A DNA stretch of 64,000 nt from an uncultured archaeon. Lineage in GTDB: Archaea > Asgardarchaeota > Lokiarchaeia > Sigyniarchaeales > SOKP01. The notes under the pieces were generated by a model. That model was not told where the DNA came from and made no database searches. It saw only the letters and a program-made list of their open reading frames with translations. Positions 20,468 through 30,539 of the stretch are shown here, one piece after another; positions within the stretch are counted from its first letter, which is position 1; each line of letters starts with the position of its first letter. The position numbers and the translations under genes were made by a program. The DNA is taken from assembly GCA_964388035.1 (NCBI GenBank), contig CAYLZE010000009.1, positions 36,801-100,800 on the forward strand. Direction: 5' to 3'.

Positions 20468-21040
20468 ATGATTCAGAATGCATCAGATGACGATCAAAGC
20501 ATGAGATTAGGGAATGCTGAATTTCGTTTTGTGAATAGCAGATTCAGAAAATTTCTTCAGAAACATGAATTTAAAATTTTTGAAAAATTGTTAAAGTCTC
20601 AAAACATATCGCTCAGTGAAAATAGAATACTTGACGCTGGTTGCGGTTCCGGCTATAGCACTTTTTTGATTTCAAATTTATACCATCCAATCCTTCTAAA
20701 AGCATTTGATTACATGCCAGAACATGTAGAAAGAGCGTTAAAAAATTATCCAGAATTGGATTTTAAGGTCGGGGACATGAGATCTATTGAATCGGATGAC
20801 AACAGTTTTGATGCTGTGTTCGTAATTGACGTCATCCATCACATCCCTCAATGGGTAAATGCATTAAAAGAGTTATCTAGAGTTCTGGTATCTGGAGGAT
20901 ACCTGCTTATTGAGGAACCAAAGTTCAGATTTACATTTGAAGAATTGGAATCCGGGTTGAATGAAGCGGGATTTACGATACTTAAAAAGAAGAAGTTTTT
21001 TTTTGGAGGATTTCAGAGTTATTTGGTAAAAAATCAGTAA
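20468..21040 (+). CDS. Class I SAM-dependent methyltransferase
   Basis: ILDAGCGSG, FDAV, ELSRVLVSGG. Confidence 0.9.
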   Translation: MIQNASDDDQSMRLGNAEFRFVNSRFRKFLQKHEFKIFEKLLKSQNISLSENRILDAGCGSGYSTFLISNLYHPILLKAFDYMPEHVERALKNYPELDFKVGDMRSIESDDNSFDAVFVIDVIHHIPQWVNALKELSRVLVSGGYLLIEEPKFRFTFEELESGLNEAGFTILKKKKFFFGGFQSYLVKNQ

Positions 21041-21395
21041 AATATAATGGATCTTTACAGCATTTTACCTCATGCGCTTTCAATACTTTATTTAAAAACT
21101 TTTGAAATAATTATTGTAATTCTGGAAGAAAGCTTTCACTTAATTTGTCAACATATCAATCCTATAGGATGCTATGGCATTACTTTTAATTTTAATTGTT
21201 CGGACGGCCATATTCAATTTTTGATTCTCAAATTTATCTATTCCGAATAATAATGTCAATTAGAAGGATTTTCAGATCTCGATTCCTAAAATTTTAAAAT
21301 ATTAATAAAAAAAGAAATTATAGAGAATTAAGTCATAGCTATTTATAGTACTTCATCTTATCATAGAATTAAATATATGTTAAAAATGACGGAAA

Positions 21396-22790
21396 ATGAA
21401 TGCTAAAGAAAATAATTCGGAAGATGAATATAGTACCAAGAAAGCAGTGTTTTATAGTTTTGCGGGATTTACTGATGTTGTTTTGTTTCAATTTTTTAGC
21501 TTTCTAATTTTTACATTTTACTATGCTGTCATAGGATTAAATGTGAATTTTATCACGATAGGTTTTGTTATCTGGAGCATTTGGAACGCAGTCAATGATC
21601 CCCTATTAGGTTCTCTTTCAGATAAGACCAGCACGAAATGGGGGCGGAGGACTCCCTACATAGTTGGGGGTATTTTTCCTTTATTGATCATAAACATTTT
21701 ATTATGGACTCCCCCCACAAATAGCCAGTTGTTCATATTTTTATATTTTTTAATCATTATCATCGTATGGGAGTTTTTTTATACGATGTGGGGAGTAAAC
21801 CAGACGGCTTTATTTCCAGAAATGTTCATAGACTTAGACCAGCGAACGAAGGCTAATACGATAATACAATTTTTTCAAATTATCTCATTAATGATTGCTT
21901 TTATTTTACCTAGTTTTTTCATCCCAAATTATAGTGATCCTCAATATTATCAAGATTATATCGTGGCTGCGATTGTTATTTCAGTGATTTGCTGCATTTC
22001 GGCAACAATTTTTATAAAATTTGGAATCAAGGAAAGGAAGGAGTATTCAAGAGATCCCGAAAGTGCACCTTCCTTTATCACGTCTTGGAAAATCACAATT
22101 AACAATAAAGCATTTCGTCCTTATATACTCGGAGTATTTTCGCTATGGTTCGTTTTTGGAATGTTGCCAACCATCCTTCCCCTATACGGCAATTTTGTTT
22201 TGGGTGTTAAAGATTCCTTCATATTATCCATGTATTTAGCCACGAGCTTTATCTCGGCTGCTGTATTCATATTTTTATGGCCCCGTATCGTTAATAAGAT
22301 TGGAATAAAAAGATCTTATCTTGCCACCATCATCATTCTCATACTCACCTTATTACCTTTCATGTTTATTTCAAATTCAGCTCTAGCCTTCTTCTTTTTC
22401 GCTTTATTAGGGATTGGATTAGCAGGCGGCTTATTTGTTAGAGATGTGGCTATTTCCGTTGTTATAGATATGGATGAGTTAAAAAATGGGGTAAGGAGGG
22501 AGGCGGGGTTTTACGGAGTCAATGGTTTCATGGTGAAACTTACAAATGTCGCTGTTTTTTTGTGCATTGCATTAGTATTTAATTCAGTAGGCTGGGCTAT
22601 CTTTAATCCCCTAGGAACTACGCAACAAACCATATTTGGTTTACGGAGTTTATTTTTCATTTTTCCCACGATATTTTTAGTTATTGGATTCATTTCCATG
22701 CTCAAGTTTCCCATATCTAAGGAAGACTATGATGAAATAACGAAACAGGCGAGAAAATTGCATGATGAGAAAAGAAGAAAAATGGAATAA
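21396..22790 (+). CDS. MFS transporter, GPH/MelB family
   Basis: WNAVNDPLLGSLSD..TKWGRRTPY; D.DELKNGVRREAG. Confidence 0.9.
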   Translation: MNAKENNSEDEYSTKKAVFYSFAGFTDVVLFQFFSFLIFTFYYAVIGLNVNFITIGFVIWSIWNAVNDPLLGSLSDKTSTKWGRRTPYIVGGIFPLLIINILLWTPPTNSQLFIFLYFLIIIIVWEFFYTMWGVNQTALFPEMFIDLDQRTKANTIIQFFQIISLMIAFILPSFFIPNYSDPQYYQDYIVAAIVISVICCISATIFIKFGIKERKEYSRDPESAPSFITSWKITINNKAFRPYILGVFSLWFVFGMLPTILPLYGNFVLGVKDSFILSMYLATSFISAAVFIFLWPRIVNKIGIKRSYLATIIILILTLLPFMFISNSALAFFFFALLGIGLAGGLFVRDVAISVVIDMDELKNGVRREAGFYGVNGFMVKLTNVAVFLCIALVFNSVGWAIFNPLGTTQQTIFGLRSLFFIFPTIFLVIGFISMLKFPISKEDYDEITKQARKLHDEKRRKME

Positions 22791-22973
22791 GCATTAATCT
22801 TAACTATTTATTCTTTTTGATTCTAATTTTTTTTGTATTTTAAATTAGTAAAACTCATATTACTGAGGATATAATATTTCTTATTTTCATTCCAAAGCAT
22901 AGTATTTAATAATAACTTCGATTAAATAAATTGTATAGCGAAATATCAATTTAGTAAAAATGGTTAAAAAAAA

Positions 22974-24137
22974 ATGGATAAAGACACGTTTTCAAATAAG
23001 TCAAATAGAATAAATGAAGACCAATTGCTCGAGCAAACAAACTTTCTTGATTTCTTGACACCGAGCATGGCTATTGAATCCGGCACGGTATTACTTGCTT
23101 TCCTGAGTTTAGTATTATTATTTGTAGTCCCTTTTATTGGATTAATTATTACTTTAAACTCAGTATCGGCAAATTTGCTCCTTTTGGGGTTAAGTCAATT
23201 AATTGGTTTCTTTATCGTAAGATTTGGATTCATCCCCCTCTTTAAATCTCGGGAAATTATTCATAATTCTTTGAATTTGGTCAATTTTCGTGTGACATTG
23301 ATTGGGTTTTTAGTGGGGTATGCGATTGTATTAGTTTCTAACTACATTATAATTATTATTCTTACCATAGTCAATGTTACTCCTCAAACAGGATATGGTT
23401 CCATAACCTTAACTCCTCAAGTAATGAATGATCCCTTTACCCTCGCAGTATATTTCCTCGTCCCAACATTAGGAGCGGGCGTATTTGAAGAACTTGTATA
23501 TCGGCGGATGACTATTCCTCTATTAGAAGAAAGAGGCATGTCTCCGATTTCCGCGGTTCTTGCTGCAGCCTTCATTTTTGCTTTGAGTCATTTACCCAAT
23601 GACTTGATTAATGGCAACTTAGCAGGAGGAGTTGTTCATGTTTGGGCCGTATTCGTCATTGGAACTTTCATGGGCATTATATATATCATAACCCGAAATA
23701 TCATCTACCCCATGATAATGCATGCTGTATATAATTTAGTCTCTTTCTATTCTGGTTATATAGCTGTAACAAACAATATTATCGCGAATCTCCTTATACT
23801 CGTGCTTATAGGCGGCATCATTTTTAGCGGAATCGGTCTAGGTATCTATCTCATAGTCCAATTTTTCCGGCGTCCAGATAAAAAATGGGTTCAAGTATTA
23901 CATATCCCATCTCGTGCTAAAATCGCAATAGGATTCATTGGATACTTAATAATTACCACAATCGTTCTTATTGGGACTTTTTTCCTTGATATCGGGATAT
24001 CAATTGCCATTGCAACAGGATTTAATGTTATATTAGTCATTATACTCTATAGTATAATTATAGGGGTTATTTTGGCGTTTTTATTGTGGATAGGTCATGC
24101 TCATCGAGAAAAGGCCATCAGAGTAGAAATTAATTAA
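22974..24137 (+). CDS. CPBP/Abi (CAAX) intramembrane metalloprotease, copy 2
   Basis: EELVYRR, FALSHLPND, HAVYN; paralogue of 17128-18300. Confidence 0.9.
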   Translation: MDKDTFSNKSNRINEDQLLEQTNFLDFLTPSMAIESGTVLLAFLSLVLLFVVPFIGLIITLNSVSANLLLLGLSQLIGFFIVRFGFIPLFKSREIIHNSLNLVNFRVTLIGFLVGYAIVLVSNYIIIIILTIVNVTPQTGYGSITLTPQVMNDPFTLAVYFLVPTLGAGVFEELVYRRMTIPLLEERGMSPISAVLAAAFIFALSHLPNDLINGNLAGGVVHVWAVFVIGTFMGIIYIITRNIIYPMIMHAVYNLVSFYSGYIAVTNNIIANLLILVLIGGIIFSGIGLGIYLIVQFFRRPDKKWVQVLHIPSRAKIAIGFIGYLIITTIVLIGTFFLDIGISIAIATGFNVILVIILYSIIIGVILAFLLWIGHAHREKAIRVEIN

Positions 24138-24333
24138 AGGAATTCAAAGAAGTTAAAATAATTCAAAAAATATGTTTTCTTTATTACTTTTCTTATAATA
24201 TATTTATTCATTAGCTTAAAAATTAGAAATGGGAAAACTAACTTAAAACCTATTCAATCCTTTAAGAAAAGAATTTAAAATCTTGAATTCATAATTAATT
24301 CATATTTCAGACAAATATTATCAAATAAAAATT

Positions 24334-25206
24334 ATGAGTAATCCAAGCGAAGAAGATAATAAATTAAGAGAAGAAGTCATAGATGCACTTCATAAGGATA
24401 AATTAATTGATATCTCAAAAATTAAAGCAAACGTGGTAGATGGAATTGTGATTTTAGAAGGTTCCATTAATTCTCTTTGGCAAAGAATTCGAATCGAAAA
24501 AGTAATGAATTCCATTAAAGATGCTAGAGAAATTATAAATAAATTGCTCATTCTTCCTAAAAAATCTGCTATAATTAGAGATCTAATGAGTGAAGATTTA
24601 TCCGATGAAAGACTCATTCGTTTAGTAGAAGCACACTTATCTAAACTGGAAGTGTATTTTGGATTAGTGGGCATGCTAATTACCACGGTTCTTATCACCG
24701 TAACAGCCATTATAACCCCTGAGTATAATCCTATTTATAACACGGTTAGCTCTTTAGGAACGGGAGTAGCAAAAACCATTTTTAGCGTTGCATTTGTAAT
24801 AGCGGGATCAACTGCGATTCCGTTCTTAATTTACCTTGAAAAAATGTTGGTAGGTCTCAACGAATTCGTCAGAAGACTTGCAACTGGTATTGCCATTTTC
24901 ACTTCCTTATGTATTGCGTTAGTAGGAATTCTCCCTGATCGCCAATTTTTTTATGAAGATTTTTTAATATTTCATGGATTTATCGCCATTTTCGCATTTG
25001 TTGGTTCCGGAATATATATCACCCTTTATAGTTATTTAATGCTTAAGAGTAAAGCTTATAAATTATACCATCTCACAATAGGGTTTTTGACGGCACCTAA
25101 CTTGATTATCTTACTTATATTTTTCGTACCCTTAGCAGAATGGATTTTAACAGTGAACATTTTTCTATGGGTAATGATCACAGCTATTAATTTATTGAAA
25201 CAATAA
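24334..25206 (+). CDS. BON-domain / DUF998-like membrane protein fusion
   Basis: N-terminal D..LREEVIDAL...IKANVVDGIVILEGSI...IINKL (BON); C-terminal YNPIYNTVSSLG and about 5 TM helices. Confidence 0.78.
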   Translation: MSNPSEEDNKLREEVIDALHKDKLIDISKIKANVVDGIVILEGSINSLWQRIRIEKVMNSIKDAREIINKLLILPKKSAIIRDLMSEDLSDERLIRLVEAHLSKLEVYFGLVGMLITTVLITVTAIITPEYNPIYNTVSSLGTGVAKTIFSVAFVIAGSTAIPFLIYLEKMLVGLNEFVRRLATGIAIFTSLCIALVGILPDRQFFYEDFLIFHGFIAIFAFVGSGIYITLYSYLMLKSKAYKLYHLTIGFLTAPNLIILLIFFVPLAEWILTVNIFLWVMITAINLLKQ

Positions 25207-25504
25207 GTATAAATTAACTTCGATTTGACGATGTAAAGTTTTAAATATAATCAATCTGATGAATCTACTCAAAATGTGCTACATTTTTGATTTTATTTTA
25301 TTTTTTTTTATTTATAAAATAAAGTGCGTTATTAACGGAATAGTTTAGCTCAAAGGTGAGATTTTTATTCGGATTAATAACCTATTTTAAATAAAAATAG
25401 AATAATTAATTCCTATTTAAAGAAGAGTGATTCAGATAATTAAGAATTGAAGTAGGTTAATGAATAAAATTTAACAAATTAGCAATTAACAAAAAAAATA
25501 ACTA

Positions 25505-26215
25505 TTAACTCTTATTAGAAGGATGTTTCAAGGAAATTTTTTCTTTTTCATTAGCCATGGTCATTAAAATAACTTTAGCTCTTTCCTTGATTTTATTTAA
25601 TTTAGATCCATCTTTATTTTGATATTTTTCATATCTTTCCATGGCGATCTTTTTCCACTTCTTATCCCATGAGGGAAACCCAGTTTTCACGTATTTCTTG
25701 CGGTTAGGAAAATCTCGACATACCCACTCGAACAAGATAAAATAGCGTCGAGCTCCCGATTCCTTAGATAACTTTTTAGAAGTTACCCCTAATTTGCGAA
25801 GATGCGACACGAATCTTCCCTCAACAGCGTCTTGAAGTTTCCCTTCTACTATTGCGGGCTCGTAATATATATTATTTTCCTTAAAGTACTCTCTTACAAG
25901 GTCAAAACAATTTCCTCTACATAGAAGAATTCTGTCCTTTTCATTATGATTAAGTTCTTTAAGTCCTTTCTTGATTATTTTTAATATATGCTCCTTTGGT
26001 CGATTGACATCTCTATTTTCAGAACTATAGAGTCCAACGGGTATTGACTTAAAAATTATCTTCCCGCTGTTAGTATCCCGAAAGCCAATAAAGGCATCTC
26101 CTACTAAATCCCCCGTTCCGGCGTCATCAATTTCGATGGTGCGACCATCGAACGAACTGGGACTGTTTGTGGACTGGCAACCACCGTCTTTATCATTTGT
26201 ATTTTCTGTCTCCAT
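25505..26215 (-). CDS. Conserved archaeal protein with RNase H-like N-terminal motif
   Basis: TIEIDDAGTGDLVG resembles RNase HII GIDEAGRG. Confidence 0.55.
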   Translation of the reverse strand: METENTNDKDGGCQSTNSPSSFDGRTIEIDDAGTGDLVGDAFIGFRDTNSGKIIFKSIPVGLYSSENRDVNRPKEHILKIIKKGLKELNHNEKDRILLCRGNCFDLVREYFKENNIYYEPAIVEGKLQDAVEGRFVSHLRKLGVTSKKLSKESGARRYFILFEWVCRDFPNRKKYVKTGFPSWDKKWKKIAMERYEKYQNKDGSKLNKIKERAKVILMTMANEKEKISLKHPSNKS

Positions 26216-26728
26216 TGATTAGGTAAAAGGTTAATTTCTAAAATATCTTTTGAAATTGGAATAAAAGAAAATTTAAATTTTTATTTATAAAATCTAAATT
26301 ACTTAATTAGCAAAAATGATCAAGGCTACGATCTCCATTGGTTGATTTTCAACAAACATGAAGTGTTCTTCATTATTCTTTATTATATCCATACTTTGAT
26401 TCATGAAGAATTAATAAGTGGAAATTAAAACATCCGAACCCTTTCACAAAAAAAAACGCTTTTATTTTTTAAAAAGTGCATTTCATAATTATTTGAAGAT
26501 ATAAAAAAAACATATAAAATCATTTTTAATCCGAAAAGTGCGTTCTTTTTATATTTTGGATTATTTTCTTTCCTTTCCTTGCTTGAAAAATGAGAATATA
26601 TGGAATGAGTGAGGTAAAATAAAATTAAAGGAAGAGATTCTCGAAAAAGATATGAATTCGGCACCTATAACCTGCATTCATATTTAAATAAAGAAGATAA
26701 AAAGTATAGTGAAAAAAAAAAGAAGATT

Positions 26729-27625
26729 CTACAAGAGATTAGTGCTATATTCTTTTACCAAATATTCTATTTTCTCAGTATCCAGTTTTTCTTGTTCAAG
26801 CTCGGGGTACATGTTTTCCAGATGTCCTAATAATTCTCCTAATTCAATTTCCGCTTCTTTCACATCGATACTATCTGAATCTTTTAGTATAATAGAGCCC
26901 ATTAAATGCTTGGATTGCTTTACCAGAATGACATGTTCTCCTAATTTCAATTGATTCAATTCTGATTGGAAGGATTCTTTTATAAAAACGGTAATTGCCG
27001 CAAACAGCCCTCCTTTCAAAATATCTTCTTTTGTTGTGGATGTTAGGGGTACTCCACCTTTATCATATACCGTTAAAGCCATTGGATTTACTTTTCTTGA
27101 AAGTTGTTTCCCTGAGAGATTATAATATATCTTCGAAAAAGCATTTACTATGCCATATCCTGTTTTGCATGAAATCGGTAATACTTGAAAGGATTGAATA
27201 TTATTCAATTCTAATGCTTCAATTATTTCTTTTAAAGAAGCTGCGGGCTCTAGGTCATACTTATTTGCTAAGACAATCAAAGGTTTTGTTTTAAAAATGG
27301 AAGATAATTTCCATAATTCCAATTTTGCTTCTTTAAATCTACTCTGATCGTGCGCGTCTATCATGAATATTACACATTCGGCATCCTGCATTTCCCCGAG
27401 CCAAAGCGAACGAAAATCTTTTTGACCTCCCATATCTAGGAGGGATATCCTTATACCATGAATTTCTAAAATCGTCAATTCTTTCCCAAGGGTAGGTGCA
27501 TGTTCAATAAAGGTCCCATTTTGTAAGAATGAGACCAATGTCGTCTTTCCTGCAGAATCCAATCCACAGATAACTACTTTCTTGTTCTTTGTAAAAATAT
27601 GTTTAACGATATCTTTAACTCCCAT
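26729..27625 (-). CDS. Arf-family small GTPase with C-terminal longin/roadblock-like domain
   Basis: G1 GLDSAGKTT, PTLG, G3 DMGGQ, G4 NKYD, G5 SCKTG; C-terminal VYDKGGVPL...GGLFAAITVFIKESF. Confidence 0.92.
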   Translation of the reverse strand: MGVKDIVKHIFTKNKKVVICGLDSAGKTTLVSFLQNGTFIEHAPTLGKELTILEIHGIRISLLDMGGQKDFRSLWLGEMQDAECVIFMIDAHDQSRFKEAKLELWKLSSIFKTKPLIVLANKYDLEPAASLKEIIEALELNNIQSFQVLPISCKTGYGIVNAFSKIYYNLSGKQLSRKVNPMALTVYDKGGVPLTSTTKEDILKGGLFAAITVFIKESFQSELNQLKLGEHVILVKQSKHLMGSIILKDSDSIDVKEAEIELGELLGHLENMYPELEQEKLDTEKIEYLVKEYSTNLL

Positions 27626-27838
27626 AATTTAACTCTACATTTCTTTGCATTTTTCTTAAAAATATTTACTTATTTGTAATAAAGATCAAAATTTCCAATA
27701 AAAACTTAAGTTTTCTATTAATTCACGGGAAAAAAACAGAAATTCAATTAAGAGTTTTGATTCAAAAGTAGATATCAAAAAGTAGAGAAGAGATTTTGGA
27801 TAAGATTAAAAGGAATTGCAATTAGAACCCTCTTTTCT

Positions 27839-28498
27839 TCATTCGCTAATATCAACAATTTTTGCAATCCACGTGTTTTTTATCTTTTCTTCCGCTTTTT
27901 GATCAACAAACAAATATTTTTCAAAATATCCAAAAGAACCAGCCAATAAAATGAGTGCTGCGGCGAGCTTGATTATCATTCCTGGAAATAAAAAAGAAGG
28001 TATAAATTCTAATCCGAATAGAAATATAAAAAGACCCAATGAAATTGAGGTTCCATTTTTATTCCTATTTCCTTCAAATATCAGAATAGCGCTCATGAAG
28101 ATGCTCGCGACCATGCTCATTAAACTCAATATATAAGCATTTCCATTCAAAATTAATCCATAAGTAATGAAAAAACAAGCAACTATAGGTAAGCTATATA
28201 GCATTTTCCAATTTTTAACATAATTTAAAAATTCTAAAGGCACTAGTAATAAAATTAAATAAAAAATATTAAAAATTGTTAGATTGACTCCAATAGTGAT
28301 ATCACCATGAATTTCTATTATTGTCATGGATTGCCATATTGAATGGACAATTACCATCAATAGATAAAAGATTAATAATAAATTAATTCGATTTTTACTA
28401 ACCAACCACTTCTTAATTTGATTAATAAATATGATTGATATTATGATCAGGAATCCGATATTTATGAAAAAATTCGCAAATTGCTCCACTTCATTCAT
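27839..28498 (-). CDS. 7-TM membrane protein B
   Basis: Seven hydrophobic segments; likely start MNEVEQ at 28498 overlapping the upstream stop. Confidence 0.75.
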   Translation of the reverse strand: MNEVEQFANFFINIGFLIIISIIFINQIKKWLVSKNRINLLLIFYLLMVIVHSIWQSMTIIEIHGDITIGVNLTIFNIFYLILLLVPLEFLNYVKNWKMLYSLPIVACFFITYGLILNGNAYILSLMSMVASIFMSAILIFEGNRNKNGTSISLGLFIFLFGLEFIPSFLFPGMIIKLAAALILLAGSFGYFEKYLFVDQKAEEKIKNTWIAKIVDISE

Positions 28499-29145
28499 CC
28501 TCCTTTCGTTTAAATAAGTTGAAATAACCAAGCGCAAAAATCAAGCCAAATATTGATGTAGCGATATTGAAAAGTTGCCCAATGATGGCTTCCCCAAAAA
28601 TTAAGGATAAAAATGCTAACGTGAATAAAACACCTAATCCTAAAGACCCATTATCCCTCAATCGGAAAGCAGTGAGATAAAAAAAGATTAATCCCAGAAA
28701 AGCACTAGCGTATATATAAATGGGATATATATTTATGTTACCCGTGAAGAAATAAAAGATAAGACTTCCACCCAAAATAAATATTAGTGTAAGATATAAA
28801 GATTCCCATCGATTAGCATAAGCTATCGTGATAAGGGCAAAAGTAACCATGAATGCCACCCCAATTGAAAAAAAAGTAATATCCTCGAGATTGTTAGCAC
28901 TATGGATATAAGTAGGAAAAGTTGTCCCCAAAGGAGTGCTTTCGTACAAATTTGCCCATATCAAAGCCCATGAAAAGGAAAGAAATATTAAAAAAATTAA
29001 GAATCGCACTATATTGATTTTATTAAAACTCCTTATATTCCTTCCAAGTTTTTCTTCCTACAATGGCTGTCATTAAGGGGGTAATTGTAATCCCCATGAA
29101 GTTTCCAATTGTTTGTAAAGTAATTCTTAGTAGTTCTGTTTCCAT
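28491..29145 (-). CDS. 7-TM membrane protein A (1-nt frameshift near 29025-29028)
   Basis: ATG at 29145 (METELLRITLQ...) abuts the upstream stop; removing one T joins ...KEYKEF to NKINIVRFLIF...; seven TM segments; paralogous to protein B. Confidence 0.72.
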
Positions 29146-29649
29146 TTAGAAAAAACTCCCCTTGAGATTAGGTTTATCCTTTTTAATTTGAGAATTTATT
29201 ATTTTGAACTGTTTACTTAATGGGATCATGATTGATTCAATCATCAAATCCTTTTCTTGGTTAATAGCTTCATATATTTGTTCTTGATAGGTTTTCAAAA
29301 TATATTCATTTAATAAGCCATTATCATCAAGAGCATCAATAATTTCTTGCAAAATCGGTTGATAGTATGTTGCTTCGAGCTTTTTATCAATCAAAATAGA
29401 GAACGACAATAAATCATCTCTTCCACTATCCATTTTTACTCTAAAAACAAATGATAATACATTATTCTCTTTATATTTAGAAATAATGAAATTACCTGGT
29501 TTAAACCCTAAAGGTAAACATTTTAATAACAATTCTTGTACATTATCTATAGTATCTTCAAGCGGAGGAAAAGAGACGAGAATTTCGGGATTAGAGTTTA
29601 TCTAACCTCCAAGTTTGCATAGAATGGCTTTTTGAGAGTACATGTTCAT
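29146..29649 (-). CDS. uDENN/longin-like protein with in-frame TAG at codon 16
   Basis: MNMYSQKAILCKLGG*INSNPEILVSFPP...ELLLKCLPLG matches the uDENN P-I-L-x-x-F-P...C-x-P-x-G pattern; TAG at 29602-29604. Confidence 0.65.
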
Positions 29650-30539
29650 TGAAAATGTGAAATGTTTAGTTTAGTATATTTACAATACTTTTAAAATAAA
29701 AATCTTCTTTTTGCTATTAAAAATAAAGCTATGCAACATAGTTTTGTTATGATAACACGAACATTAACACATTTACATAATTGTAAATAAAATAATTAAT
29801 ATTCATTAGCCAACCATACTAGATTTTATAGCATTGTCTTCAAAATATGAGATTAAAAATTATTAACTCTCTTATATGCTGGAAGAAGGGTGTTTTTTAA
29901 TCAAATGATATCTTTTTATAGAAAATAGCTGAAAAACCGTTTAAAATCCTAGTCTCATCAAAGAGAAGGTGATTTCCCCCATGCTCATACCTCAATACAA
30001 GGTATATTACCAATACAGGGAAAGAAGGTAAAACAGGGTGTAGCAGAGTACACCTAACCAAAAGACAAAAATTCAGGGTGCATGGGGGAAATCTTGGATG
30101 ATTATACAATCTTTTTGAAGTACATGTGAACGAAACTATAAAAATCTTTACCTTTTAATTCGCTTGATGGCTCCTATGATTATTATATTATTGGAATTAA
30201 TAATTTTGTCGAAAATGGGAAAAAAAAATTTTATTTTTTGTGAAATGTTATGCATGTTTATTTATATAGTCTTGGAATATGAATTATAAGATTGATAAAA
30301 AAATCGGTTTTTTTTAACACTTTGACCTTTAAAATTATTAAAGAATGAGAGCATATAATAAATGTGCAAGAATTGTCAAGCAGTTTCTTTAAGAAGGAAC
30401 TTTAAATTAACCAAAAAAAGGATAAGAAATAGAAAACTTATATGCTAGCTTAAGTTAATTGATAATAATCTGGATGAAACTTTTCTTCAAACGCAAGAAT
30501 TTCTATATTTTCGCTCATTTTTATTAATAATTCGCTTAG

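Noticed and set aside
21047-21250. 67-aa ORF between the methyltransferase and MFS genes
   Set aside because: No recognisable family; likely spurious or a remnant on the other strand
25335-25375. tRNA-like TAGCTCAAAGGTGAGA segment
   Set aside because: No acceptor stem, anticodon arm or TTCGA T-loop
26303-26404. 33-aa minus-strand ORF (MNQSMDIIKNNEEHFMFVENQPMEIVALIIFAN)
   Set aside because: No motif or other support; may be chance
27839-29145. 7-TM proteins as microbial rhodopsins
   Set aside because: No rhodopsin helix C (RYxDW) or helix G (DxxxK) motifs
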